From contig JYFJ02000264.1 of NCBI GenBank assembly GCA_000934665.2, forward strand, positions 1 to 64,000: 64,000 bases of DNA, in the 5' to 3' direction. The notes below the pieces were generated by a model. That model was not told the DNA's origin. It saw nothing but the letters and a program-made list of their open reading frames with translations, and did no database searches. The DNA is from Catajapyx aquilonaris (taxonomy: Eukaryota). Shown here one piece after another: positions 1 to 13,463 of this stretch. Made by a program: the position numbers and the translations under genes. The first letter of the stretch is position 1. The number at the start of each line of letters is the position of its first letter.

Positions 1-96
1 AAGACCCGGCCAAGCAGAGGTGACGGGGACGGGATTTGAACCCCGGCCTCCCGCTTGGCTGGCCAGCGGCGTAACCGCTAGACCACCATGCCGCCC
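1..96 (-). mobile_element. tRNA-derived SINE head, truncated by the window start
   Basis: Reverse complement reads GGGCGGCATGG-TGGTCTAGCGG (A box, 75-85) ... GGTTCAAATCC (B box, 32-42) with tRNA-like spacing. The acceptor stem pairs only partly and the anticodon arm is abnormal, so this is a SINE rather than a tRNA gene. Confidence 0.75.
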
Positions 97-98
97 AA

Positions 99-123
99 AG
101 GTTAGGTTAGGTTAGGTTAGGTT
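99..123. repeat. (AGGTT)5 / (TTAGG)n microsatellite
   Basis: aggttaggttaggttaggttaggtt seen directly. Confidence 0.85.
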
Positions 124-466
124 GGTACAGCATACCCCTTCCAAAATCCAAAAAATCAATCTGCCTTTGCGACATAGCCAAGCTGCCCCCAGCCACCACT
201 CCCCCTGCCACGTCCCACACGTCAGTAAAGTTCATGTATAACTTCTCTTTATTACGGGGTTTGATAAAATCCGCATAGTTTAAAATTTTCAATTTTGCAG
301 TTTTTTAAAGCCCTCTTTGAGCTTTGAAATCCCGGCGGGAGGCGCTGGGAACATAAATAATTTGTAGTCTACTTTCCAGCAAAGTATCCGACAGTGTCCA
401 TGTAGTGCATATTACTACGAACAAAATATTAAACGCATGTTCAGTAATTGTATTTATAATTATATA

Positions 467-735
467 TTATTGTAATAATAATAATGGATACCCCGTGATA
501 GGCCTTGGGCCTCTTAGGGGATCATCTTTTCGTGAACTGACTTTAATCACTGAATGCGTGTGATGGATTTTGATTGCGGGAGGAAATGGGAGAACCCCGA
601 GAAAACCCACGCGAACACGGAGAGAACCCATCGAAACTCTATCCACATAAGTATCCACTGCGCGACCCGGGGATCGAACTCGGGACCTTAGAGGTGGAAG
701 GCTGTGGCGCTAACCACTCCGCCACTGTGTCGCCC
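467..735 (-). mobile_element. Full-length tRNA-derived SINE with a V-domain-like core (V-SINE type)
   Basis: Minus strand has an A box TGGCGGAGTGG (714-724) and a B box GAGTTCGATCC (671-681). These are followed by GAGTTT..GTTCTCTCCGTGTTCGCGTGGGTTTTCTCGGGGTTCTCCCATTTCCTCCC, which matches the V-SINE core as I recall it, and an (ATT)n tail near 473-485. Flanked by the direct repeat TTTATAATTATATA at 453-466 and 737-750 (TSD). Confidence 0.85.
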
Positions 736-740
736 TTTTA

Positions 741-744
<4 letters not shown>

Positions 745-777
<33 letters not shown>
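745..777. repeat. (TA)n microsatellite
   Basis: Uninterrupted TA run continuing out of the right-hand SINE TSD. Confidence 0.95.
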
Positions 778-783
<6 letters not shown>

Positions 784-3700
784 GCTAATTGACTTTTATT
801 GGTTTACGTAATGAAGCCGCAACTTAAAAGTGCGTAAATAATTAAGCCAAATACGTATGTTTAGGCCTAGCACTTAAAAGACATATCAACTGCATAACAT
901 GATTGTGTTTCAGCATTGAGCTCATATTCGTATCTCGGACACTCGTCCATGTGAACTAACCTTCAAGTGGGCTGCGACGTAGATTATAGAAGCATTCATA
1001 CTGGTACCCTTGGAAAGACCATTTAGTATTTTAGTGTGTTACTCACTGTCACACTTGATGGGGCGATAGGAGCGAATAGATATGAGAGTTTACATTTTTT
1101 GTTTTGTTTTCCCGGTACGAATATGGGCTCAACTCTGAAACACAGTTTATTTAACACCTTGGCACCTACGTATTATATAAGAAATCTCTACCGATAACAA
1201 TTTACAGTCTGCTGGGAAACTAGGGGATGTTATCCAAGACCGGAGGAACGGAGGAGGCATATACAGTAAGCTTATTAGGCTATTAATACCATTGTGCCGT
1301 TTTGATGCAGTAAGCAGTAATAAGGGATATTAATTGGCGTTTGACCATGAAGCTGTTTAATTAGGTACGAAGGTGAAAACGTAAACCTTGATCTTGGCAA
1401 AACTTCTTATCCTCTCTATGTACTTTACACTCTCAAGGTAAATTCTACATCTGTTCAAAACATGACCATGGTTCTGATGTTGAACTGACGTTGCCCATCT
1501 GAGAAGTGATGACTACCCACTCTGCCACTGCTGTCTCCCCATCATTTTCTCCATCCCCTCCTCTTTCTAACCCCGTTTTTATGTTGACTAACTGCTAGTG
1601 ACATCTGTGAATTCTTTTACCACTTCCCAGCCGCAGCTCGAGGCATCTTCAGTAAACGACATGAGTTACTTGGCACGGCCTGCGAAGTGTTCAGAAGTTG
1701 CTCAAATAAAGACATGGTTGTCACATAAAAATCTATCAAGTAGAAAAAAAAGAAGTACATAACTCACTGCCAAAGAGTTCTTTTAGGCCCATTTCGACTT
1801 CTTTTCCTCTCAAGGCCTTAACACCTCCGTATCTCTCCTGCGCGCGCTTAATTATTGCTACCCCCTTTTGCCCCTCCCTTTCCCCCCACCTTACAAAAAA
1901 ATAAGTTCCTCTTTTTTTGGGAGAACTCTAACCTCCCTCCTCAACCCCAAAGGGACCCCCTTGGAGTAGGCTGAAAACTTGTAGGGAAGGTCAGTTTACA
2001 AAAAAGCTACGTTGTCGCTTTTTAGGTTTTGCCTTTTCTGGCGCCTCACATCTGTCGGCCCTGTAGTTAGGACGGTACCACTTAAATACCCCCATTTGTA
2101 CTCCAGCGGTACCGACAGCAGTTACGTTTTATTGAAAAGGTACGCCGCCTTGAATTATAATATGGTTTCTTCAGAAGAAATTCTTCTGAAGTATTGTGCT
2201 TCTCATGGGAACAAGTAATGGACGTATGAAGCCGTATCGGTACGTATGAAGCATATGTGCACCTTTAAACCATAGGGCCTTCTGGCCATTAATCCGACGA
2301 TAAGGTGCACATATGTCCAACAGATGCTTCCTAGAAACCGAGTGTGATAAGGAGAACTTTGAGCGAGTGATGTGCCGACCTCCATATTTTTTTTTCTAAG
2401 AGCCCGTTTTCTCCATGGTAGCCAGATGCATTGGAGTGATCCTGGTCGGCAGCTGGCAACCCTGCCCAAAAAGGCTCACCCTCCCTTCTTCCTCTCTCTT
2501 CATCTCATTCGCCTCACGCCCCGTCAAGGGGTCAGTCCAGGTCAGGGCCAAGGGGATATGAGGGTAGGGGTGCTTAGTTTGGTATATATAAACCAAAGGC
2601 TCCAAAATGGGGAAGGAGATGGCAGCCAGGCCCAAACTCCACCTTCTGCCTTCCCAATTACAGGTCTGAAACCTAAGTATCATGGCCGACACCGGTGCTT
2701 TTCGGGATTCCAGGAAGGGCCTAGTCACGGCATGATAGAGAAATTAAACTTCAAACATTCATTATGCATGATACATTGCTTATGTGAATTTTACAAGCCT
2801 TAATTAATTAAATCGTGGGTTGGCTATGAGGTATTGTGGTATTTAAAAGCCGTCTATATCAATATGGCCTATACAATGGTATAGTGTACCCTGGCAGTGA
2901 CGTGGACTTGGCTATTTAAGCCTATGGAATGTTCTCGTACTCGTCGAATAATTTTCCATTATTTTAAGATCCAGGTGTAGCTAGAACTTGCAATTGGGGA
3001 CCTGCAGTCTGTAAGCAGGGTTCAATCCCTTCACCTTAGGAGCACGTGCATGGTCATTAAGACATTATTCCTGTCTCCTGACTGTGGACAAGGGTTATCC
3101 GGCCCTTGATCCGATGGAAATTCTCATGCATTGAATTTCAGCAGAATGCACTACTTAGGGTCACGGATGCACAACCAGTCGCACCAGGTTACATGCATCT
3201 ATTGACTTCTTCAGTTCCTTCCACTCACGGTCCCTATATATCGAGATCCAATATGCCAATAATATGATTCTTTCATTGCTGAAATTGGCAATGTCGACCC
3301 AAAGCTTGGAATCAGTGAATGTCCTTTGTCAATGACAATACAACCTTGGACATAAATTCTAGCTACGTCACTACCCCCCTGCCTTGTACTCTCCAGACGG
3401 TAAAACCAGGACCAGACTTTTCACATTGATCCAACCCTCTTTGCAACGCCATTATTCTCGCCTCATTAGCCATTTAATTAGGCCCGAATCCCCTCCATTC
3501 CTTTCCCCTCCTCTTCCGCCTCTTTCTGCCCGTTGCTTGGTCCGTTGTCGCTTACCAGCCTGGTCCACCACCTTCCGCCAACAATAATTCGAGTTGGACC
3601 CAAAATAGTAATCGTGTAAAATAAAGTGGATGGAAAAAATTTTGTGGTGGAAGAATGGGAAGAATGTAAGGACACGCATTGTGATGCTAAGGAGCCTTTT

Positions 3701-6700
3701 TGGGCAGTGTTGTCACATTGAGTAAACCCGCCCTAACCGGAAACCACCCTGCTGGGATTGCATTTGCTTCGGTGGGTTCGGAACTGGCTGAGTCTACTGG
3801 TAACCATTGTAGTTACTCACATTGCCAGATGGTTCCTCTGCAAGCCATTGTAGGTATACAACCGGCAATTTCAACCCATCCAGCGAATCATTCTGGCTGG
3901 TACGGTGAAGGGCAAGATTGATTAATCTCGACCTAACCTTTAGATCAGAAATGGGTTCAATGATGTAGCTGTCTTTATGTATAGTTGGTGCATTTGGTGA
4001 TTTGGACATATGATAATCGGAGAATCCAAAACAAGTAATACTTAGGGTAAGCTGAGTCACAATAACGACACGTGTCGCACTACTCGGAAAAGCCCTGAGG
4101 GTTTCACTGTCACCCCCCTCCTGCTGTACGCTTTTTTTTTTCATAATTCTTAGTAAATATACACCACTCAGGCAATGAGTATACCAAGTTTCAGATTTCT
4201 ATTTTGTCGGCAAGTTGGAGAAAAACTCTGGACCAACAGACACCACATGGCCCACAATTTTTAAGAATCACCTGCTGTTACAAGCAGAAATCTTCAGAAT
4301 TTATGATTGAAGGAAAAAATCGGGAAGAAACCAAAAAAATAACTAATTACGCTTATGATGTAACTGAATAATAAAAAATACAACTCAGCGAATAAATTGT
4401 TTAATATTTTTAGAGCATCATTTTAGTCTCATTTCTATATTCACACGGGGGGAAATTTAAGAATAATAATTATTCCATTCGCCCTTTCTTTTAGGAAAGT
4501 AATGATATAAATTTGCAAATACAATACAGTACATTACATGATTGTGTAACTAACACATTTTAAAACGTGTGCTCGTTCGCTGCTGGGTGAGGGGGAGGGA
4601 GAAGGGGATGGGGGAGAGAGAAATATTGATAGAAATGGCAGGGCCGGGCGCATTCCGGATGACGCCACTATGTATCGATAACAGTCACCTCCTGTGACAG
4701 GGGATGAGAAGGTATGGAGAAGGTAGGCTCTATAGGGCTGAGGTATGGATCATGGATCAGTGTGGGTTGGCTGGTGGAGAGGCGGGATGGGAGAGGAGGA
4801 GGAGGGGAAGGGGTCAGGGAGGGAGAGGGGAGTGGAAGGGGAAATGTGCGGGGGTGCAAGATAGCTAGTTATGGGATGACAGTAACAGGGATGGGGTGGG
4901 GTAGGAGAGTTGACAGGATGACATGGAATGCATGGGTGGAAGAATTGCCTAGCTTTAGAGTTTAGAGAGCATCATGCTCTTGGAGCCCCGAGAGAAATGG
5001 GCTGGCTTTTTTAACAAACTACCATTACGAGTTAGAATAGCACTTCCGTCTCAAGCACTTTGTAGTTGTTACTTATTAGTTCGAAACTTGAAAATAATAT
5101 GCACCGGATGCAGTATGACCAACTGTTGCCTTGTTGCTATAATTAGAGATATTTTACAGGCTCATGGTGTGGTCTACAAGAACTGTGCAAATGCCCTCAC
5201 AGAGTGAATATTTGTAAATATTTTGTCGACCTCCGATATTTTTGTCATACGCACGGGTAATTCCTGCCACCATGCCAAATAACTAGCATATAAATAGAAT
5301 GCGTAAAGTGCCAAGTGCGTAACTATTGGTCCCCATTTTTTAAAAACATCTACACTATTGACCTCCACCTGACGGTCACCGCAATAGAAACGACAGGCCA
5401 CACATTACTCACGCCTAGTAACACGAGTCATAAATCTGCGACGCCACATTGTGGTAGGCAGTGATGTTGTTTACCCACGCAATAGACTCCGCATTGCCCC
5501 ATGTAATAAAACCGTGCATTTCGTTGGAACTATTTACTGGTACGTCAAAGTGAAACGAACGTCATGTGAGCGACCTTAGTGCAAGATCTGATTCGACACG
5601 CAGCTCATTTTACGTGAATGTCGCAACCTCAGTCGCAACATACGAGGCAAGCGCTCTTTCTATAATAAACTATAAATAGGGGTTAGCGCACGCATACGTT
5701 TATATTCGTAGTGTCAATGCTCGAGCAGCCTAGATCACACTATTTTTTTTCTACACGCCATATAATTATAAACACCCACACCCACACACCAGTTGGCGAG
5801 GTGAATAATCTATTTCAAGGTGTTTCTGAAGGTAATGCACGGGGGGTAGGTACTACCTTTGTGCCGTGCTGATGTCGGTGACCAGCTCTTTCGGCCTTCT
5901 CCATCAGCAAGTCGGCCCCGTTTGACCCCTGCATTTACGAGGGAGTCATGAGTGCGGCAGACAGTAGTAGTGCTACGCCCTCGAATTTATGCACCTTTGC
6001 AGACCACTTTGGCCGAAATACAGCCACGGTGAACTCTGCCACCGGGCTTCAATTGCGTTCAGGGCATGTCATTTACATGGCCAAAGAGACACCTTGCATT
6101 ATCCGGTGTCGATTTGCATCTGGTGCACCTGCCGCTTGCCACTCCAAGAAAGGACATTTTTATGGGTCGAATCTAAAGGGCAATTGAAGGGTTAGGTCAG
6201 TCGACTGGCTCTAGACTGGTTATGCAGGACATTGCGTGATAGAATAATGGAAGAGGACATTTTCAGGGAGGAAATTGCTACATACAGGTCATTAGGGAAA
6301 AAAAGGTATGGAGGTACTTTGGTGAAATGTGTTTGTTATTTTTTTCCCCCATATTTTTGCCCAACTCTTTTTTGCCGCACCGCCAACTCAATACTGGGAA
6401 ACCTGGTTACATCTCCGGTGCAGACTTTTGTGCCCCTAGCAATGGAGCAGCTGAGGAGGGTTTTTAGAGTTAATCTGAAAGATGTGCGGTGTAGGATTTT
6501 GTCGATGGCCAAAGGCCAAATTATGCTCGTTTTTATCAGGGTATAGGGAATGGGGAGAGAGCTGGGAAACGGTCAAAGTGCACATTACCTGTAATGGAAT
6601 AAGTGCTTATAATGGGCTAGTGATAACTGTAGTGGGAGACCTTTCAAGACCATGTAAAACAACGTCTTATCAACTGAACATTTTAAGATAAATGGATAAC

Positions 6701-9439
6701 ATGATGACCCATAACTCATTTTCCCAGAAAGTTTTAAAAACAAATTAGCTTGATATTGGCGTGTGGAAGAGAATATCGGAAATGATCTGGTGACTGGCGC
6801 CAGAACTGGGCAGACAAAAAATAATCATGATGTCACTAACAAGACTAGGTCAATTCTGGTCGAACAATTAGATTATACTGCACCTTTGTCCCTCCGCATG
6901 GCTTAAGAGTGTTCTAAAACATGATCATTATGGTTATAAGTAATTATCAGTATAAGTTTCCTTCCCATTATAAGTTAACTTTCGCGTTATGTCACTTTTT
7001 ATCCCGATATGTACTCGGAGAAGGAAGCAGTTTTCAGTTGCGGCGCAACTTCAGCTCCAGTGGATAAAATCTTAAATTTTAGAGGTCAAAGTCGTGAATT
7101 TTGTTAGTTTATCTCTGCCAGTTTCAGCCGGTCTCAGCCCAAGAAATAATATATCCACCACCACTCTCTCGTTCGATTCGTAGAAATGGTTTTATTGTTT
7201 GAATTTTTGATCGCTTGCACTTGTGTATCATGTGGCTTTCCAAAGATAAATATAGCCACATGTACAGGTACTCATAAAGTTGGCATGCGTGTTAAGTTCA
7301 CTCATTACTTGCGAGTGCGTATCACATATTAGTAGACTTGATCTATAATTATATATTTTGTTAACCTATGTATATATCTCACTTGAGCTGCATGTGTGTC
7401 TTTGCCACCTCCTGAATTAGCACATCTAAATTTAACTTTCAGCTAAATAAGTACCTGTTAGAAGATACCGGTATGTGAGATTATATTTAAATAATTTTTA
7501 AACATGTAATACCCAAAGAACAGTGAATGTAAGGCCTGTCCTAGTTGCACGGTTTTTTTGTTTTTGTTTTTTTGCAGTAAACCAGCGGAGCGGATATTGC
7601 GAAACGTCGAAATGATCATTGCACATAGTGTCTGATTATCGCCTCTGCGGCGCTCTGCGGGCTCTAATTTTGATAATCTTATCAGTCCTTGGCTTCCGCT
7701 AGCTGCCCTGTCTCGTGCACTGCGTCTGTTATTATTGTTGCAATATAATAATTAATGCATTATATGAATATGATACGGTAATTGTGGTCAAATTGTGGTC
7801 TTGCACTACACTACTACAGTATACCATATGTTATGTGCAAATCTGGGGCCTACCAGATGTACTGACTATACACAGCATGAGTAAATTGATGATCTTGAAA
7901 CCTTTTATGTCATGTTATGATAGTTTTGATAAAAACAAAGAAAACTGTCCAGATTCTGAGTGACAAATGAACTTTATATGATGACTTGTAGGCGCACTAG
8001 TAAAACATTTAAAATTACCTGTTTGGCTGCAAAAAAATACGGTATAACAAGTGGGTATAATTTATTGTTTTAGTTCCGAACGGAAATAATATTGCAAAAA
8101 AAATGTAGTGAGTAGGAATATTATTGAAACTTCAAATAATGAAGTGACAAAAAGACATCATATCCCTCTGACCACGTAGGCCTACATGGATTTAAATACT
8201 GTAATTCCTTCTAGGAATCACCCGAACGTTGTCAGATTTTCATTCCCTCTCAATCACAGTATTGCAATAATAATATTGCTACATTTGATGAAAAAAGGCA
8301 GTAGAAGGCAGTAATTAATTTCTTGACCTGTAGATTTATCTGAAAATGAACTCACCTGAACTCACGTACAGCGTACAGGTACAATACCAGATTTTTATTT
8401 TTAGATTAGGTATACGGAGGGTATATGTAATTCTGCAAAAATGACGCAGTTTTTCTGCTAGACCTTTTTCTTACTGTAGCATCCTATTTCATATACACAC
8501 CCGTTGAAGAAAACCGGAAGAAAAACATACTGTGAAGATCAATGACCGAGGGAAAAAATTCTGCGTGATCAAGACTGGAAAGAGAAGTGGATAGGAACAT
8601 TTATTGACAGTTGTTAAAGGTCAGGTGTCCTCTTTTCACATTTCAGTTACCAGTTTTGAATTATTAAAAAGTGTTTTTCATATTCTCAAGGCAGAAGCTA
8701 TGTTTGTGTATCAAAATATCCAGATAAAATGTGGTACACCGTAACACACGATGCATTTTGTTCCAAGTGCGAAAATATGCGCAGTGTTGTTGGATGCTGC
8801 ATCGCCATAAAAGCCATGATGTTTATGAGTTTGCTACCAAACACTGCATGAGACTTGTAAATGCTTGCTACCTTACATGGCACAAAATGCGACACAGCAA
8901 TTTTTTTGGGGTCTAACAAGTGATTTTAAATTTTCCTTTTCCTGCTATCCTGCATTATAGTTTAGTAGTTAGTACCGTACCCTTGGAGTGATTCAGACAG
9001 TATTACACTCTTCAGTTAATTACATCTGTGGCTTACTTAAATATAGGGAATATGCTGAACGGCACGAAAGGAAATGTGACGAACCCATATAAGCTTGACC
9101 TTCAAATATGGCAAGAGCTGACAATCCGACTGGAACGCGAACCGATTGGCTGATGAAGGTGCCAAGCTATTTAAAAACACCCACACTTTACTCGTGACCA
9201 TCAGTGCAACTTTTATTTCCATTAATTCGATTCCTGGTAAAACTTGTGCATTAGAAAAATTTTGCTAATTGAGGCTCCAACTTTCTTAAATTTTACAATT
9301 TCAGCTAAAAAAAAACTGACTTACCTCAGGCGAATATTCAAAAATATATGATCCGAGAGTTGAAAGTTATTGCTGGTAAATTTTTATACATCTTAGGAGA
9401 GTCTGCCAATCTCAGTAGGCCTAATGCCCGAAAAAGTTA

Positions 9440-9504
9440 GTTTATTAAAATAACACTTAACTTACAGTTAGCTCTTAACGGTCAGTTAAATATTTTGAAG
9501 AAAC
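9440..9504. mobile_element. Short imperfect palindrome, possible degraded MITE remnant
   Basis: Left arm GTTTATTAAAATAACACTTAACTTACAGTTAG resembles the reverse complement of the right arm (GTTTCTTCAAAATATTTAACTGACCGTTAAG). No clear TSD. Confidence 0.35.
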
Positions 9505-12500
9505 CCGACATAGGTCTATAGTATGGCGGCACTTTTGTACACTCATGCACCGATTGATTTACCTCCCATTTGTTTCACTGTCAGAGCCTCAAAGGAGGAA
9601 AAAGTGAAAGGTTTACGAGCATGACGGTACCCGCGCTATTGCGACAAAAGGGTCAGGGGTCAAAAGAGTCATTGTTTGAGAGCGCAATCAGATTCATGTT
9701 TCCAAGGCCCAGATGACGTTAGTAGCCAGCTCCATTAAAGCAAGTCCCACTTCATTAATTATTGCCATCACACCGCTTATCTCATTGGCGTCGAACCTTG
9801 CGCGAAACCAGTCCTTGATCCTCCGCACGTCCAAACATTTTCTAAACGTCACCTTATTTTGACCACGCAGTAAAAGCTGCGTAAGTGATGTCGTACCTCG
9901 AGTTGTAACCGCTTGCTGAGATAACATTAATCAACCCAAGGTCTGCCATATGCTCCTAACTTCAAAGATGAAGGCTGCCAAACATGGGTATCTGTAACAA
10001 CCTCCGAAAAAAATAACAGATTTGTTCTACCTTGGACGAGTTATTTTTGAGCTGAAAATCATCCAGGTTGGAGAATCTTCCAAGAAATAAACAAGTCCTT
10101 TACATATGAGCCGAGTGACCTCTGCACGTCTTATAATATGAGAATATAAACAGGCTGAGACATGCACCGTACAGCTTTACTGTGCAGTACGTTTAAACGT
10201 TTTATCTATGTCCATGGTTGGTATCCGGTTGGTGGTCTCCGCTCTGAAAACCCACCGAACCTTGTATACCCGGAGGCATGACAAGCCCCGGAACACACCC
10301 CCGAGATTTCCCAACCCAGATAAGCCGTTCTATTTCAAGACGGGATAAGTCAGACTTATGCCCCTTTTGTCACATTCTGTCCTGTTAATTGCACTCACCT
10401 GTATGCTACCTGACCTGGTTGACCTCTCGGGGAAATGTCCTCTCAACTATGCTTCAGAGTTTTTCCGACTCAAACTAACTACAATATATGCTACGACGTA
10501 AGCTCTACAAATAGGCAAGCACCGTTATCACCCAATTCAGTGAATGAATGAATTCCATTTGGTATAAATGAATTCCGAATATGGCTTTGATAAACGATCC
10601 GCATCTGGAAACCGCACTGCGTAACACTATTACGCAATAGGTGCGCAAATTATAACGCAGCTGACTACCAAATAGCACCGCTATCAGTCATCCTGCTTGT
10701 TTATCAGCAACTGTAAGGCGCGAAAATGAAGGCCGTACAAGCCTATCAGAGGCTATTGCGCCAAGGTATGATCCTCCTGGCAACACCGCGATGACCAGTT
10801 CAAGGTGGCCGCCCTCGTATTTGAGCCTGTTTTGCATTTTTTGAACTGTGACGGCCAGTTATCAGCTTCTGGTCTGCACGTGCATGCACGTGCATTAGAC
10901 GTGTGCGTACAGAGCAACAGACAGGGCAACACCGCCCATATTCCCCAAAGCAAAAGGGACCCCTTCTTGAAGCAGGGGGTTGCCAGAGCCAGCAAGTGTC
11001 CCTTCCCTTTTGGAAGCGAGACTGTTGGTTCATCCATCCCCTGCGGTGATAACAATGTGGAGAGGCCCAAAGGAGACCCTTTCCAAGGTCGCCTTGTCTC
11101 TCTCTCTTCCAAAGCTTTCTTTTTCGGGGAGGGATGAAGGTTAGCAGCCCGTGAGAAGAGGCCCCTCTTCGAAAAGGAACCCTCAGGGTCTCTACCGGGG
11201 CTATAAATCCTAACCGATGCCCAAATCATACTTGCTTTGATTAGGGAGTGGCCTGTATTGTTGGACATCCTGGTCATCAAGGTTTGGGACACCCCCCACC
11301 CCCCCCCCCCGATTGGTATTACGCAACTGAGGCATTTACATACAAGGGCAAAGTCACGGCTGTTGTTTTTTGACAACCCTGCTCTTGGCCCCCTACTTCC
11401 CAAAACGTTTCTGTAGAGGAAGCTATCCCGTTAGGAACATTCTGTAACCAAGGAGGTCAACTGTATCTCATTTTTTTGTCCCAGTGCTCATGAATGTTTA
11501 TAGAATAAATTTACCAGCCAGCACGGCGCAATAAATAAAATGTGTTACAAATGTGGGTTATGTAATTTTGATTGGAATTAATTGTTATAATTTGTAATAT
11601 ACAGTATTTGTATGTATTTCAGATGATTCCATGTTGCACTCGGATTCTTATGGGAAACTTGCTATACAATCTGTGGGGGGGACTTCGCCCTAATAAAATA
11701 TGAATGAAGTGGGCGTCCATAAATTGCGTAACGATGATTTTGGGGAAATCTGGCGGCACATTATGCGTCTAGTTTTTTGGGGTCACGCAACTGATTACAT
11801 TTTTAATTACACTGCGACTGACAAGACTAATTTGTTTGGCTCTTGTTTGTTCAAATCGTTGATACACCAAGTAATCGCATTGAGAATATGCTGTCCATAT
11901 GGTCCAAATATGTTGTGGAACATAAGGCCATAAGTGGGCATCGTATCACCCATTTTTTGTGGTTACAAACACTGATAGCTGCATATGCGAATTGGTGCAA
12001 ATGAGTACCGTAAAACGTGTGAATACAGCTTATCACCCATTTTTAGAGCAAGGCCGAAAAATAGCAAACTGCGAGTGTCGAAATGGATGTGCTGGATGTA
12101 ATCCAAAAAATCAGGCAGGTGCAAACATCGTTCAGGTTTACATTCTCCCCACCACCACCCTCCCCCACTTACCACCTTCCAACCTCTTTTTCCGCTCACC
12201 TGCCCACTTCTCCGTTAAACAATCCCATTGCAAATAAACCGCCCAAGGCCCACTAAAAAAAAGAGGACAAAAATCCCAGGATTCACACCTGCCTCCGGAT
12301 GCAAAACGACGGATTTCCGCCACCTGTTGCACCGATCACATTCTCACATAGTAAAAAAAAAATCAGCAAAAATCCTGTCCATCAATTTTAAAAAAAACCA
12401 GCAAAACTGTCCATTAGTTTAAAAAAAAAAACGTGTCCCAAGTAGCTGAAGAGTAATAAAAGCTATTCCTTTGAGGGGAGTGAAAGGGTACTATTTCGGG

Positions 12501-13199
12501 TAGGTCGGGAATTATCGGGACGGGCTTTTCAAGTTGGGCCCGAGTTCACCTCGGGGCAACTTTTGGGCTGCAATCTCGCTCCTTTTGGGATAGAGAAGGA
12601 GGGGGCAAAACAAGAGGGGGGGCCTTCTCGGAAGGACCCCCTACTAATAAATAGAACCGGTTTCTGACTCAGAAAAGAAAATCCCGCTGCTCAAAACTCC
12701 TCCATTTTCAGAGTCGTTGACATGTGGACAACGAAATTGGGAAACTCGAAACCTGGTCCAAAAATTCTTTAGGCTGCATATGGTGTTTACTGCACAACGG
12801 TAAATTGATAACACCGTTATTTATTAGTTTTATTGATTTAATTATGCCTCCTGATGGTTATGTGACATTTCCGGCCAGTATTATCGGCATTAACCAGCCA
12901 ATTAGTGTTTATCGTCATGTCAGATTAGTTGGTGCCTAGCATTAGCAAACTGTCCTGGAACGTGCAAGTGGTTCCGGTTATCAATGCCTTGCTGACACCC
13001 ACATCTATTTTACAACCTGTCGATATTTCAACCGCCCCAAGGTTGTAGGTGAGTTATCTAACCTCGTCGAGAATCTGCAGTCGCCACTGTTGTCTGACAT
13101 GAGCTATTTGATCAAGCTACTTCCGGAGCTGACCATTGCATATAATATCATACGTCCACCGTTTTATTAGTGACCTCCTCATCCGCCGTCCCGACTCAG

Positions 13200-13463
13200 A
13201 CTGCCCGCCTCAGCCGCTGACCTCCACCTTGATCGTCTCCTGTTTAGAGCGCATGCGCAATCGAAGCCCCGCCTCCAGTCCGCGCACGTCACCCGCATCC
13301 AACAAAAGTGTGGTCTCCCGTGAGGTCCGTAGCATATGCGTTGGAGGCGACGTGCAGTGCGGATCGTTCGGCCATGCGGTGAGGTTGCTCTCAGGGGGTG
13401 TCCCCTATCGTCGCGATACAAGTGACCAGTGCGTTTAGAGGACAGAACACCATACGATCCAGG
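13200..13463 (+). promoter_or_regulatory. SoxC proximal promoter / 5' UTR (CpG-rich, apparently TATA-less)
   Basis: NRF1-type GCGCATGCGCA at 13249-13259, GC box GCCCCGCCTCC at 13266-13276 and CRE/E-box-like GCACGTCAC at 13284-13292, about 170-215 bp upstream of the ATG. The exact TSS cannot be seen. Confidence 0.6.

Noticed and set aside
20..96. Functional tRNA gene
   Set aside because: A and B boxes are present, but the acceptor and T stems are mismatched and the anticodon arm is irregular. It is better explained as a SINE head.
99..123. Telomere (TTAGG is the arthropod telomeric repeat)
   Set aside because: Only five interstitial units, so an ordinary microsatellite with no taxonomic value.
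574..792. 72-aa ORF (and 467-658 on the minus strand)
   Set aside because: These are translations of the SINE and the TA repeat.
2970..3115. Possible degraded SINE (B-box-like GGTTCAATCCC near 3019)
   Set aside because: No convincing A box, tail or TSD.
4580..4960. G/A-rich tract with G-quadruplex potential and Gly- or Pro-rich ORFs
   Set aside because: Low-complexity purine tract of a kind repeated across the window. The ORFs are compositional artefacts.
10753..11403. 216-aa minus-strand ORF, the longest non-Sox ORF
   Set aside because: Non-ATG start, no recognisable domain, runs through a poly-G tract and has no splice support.
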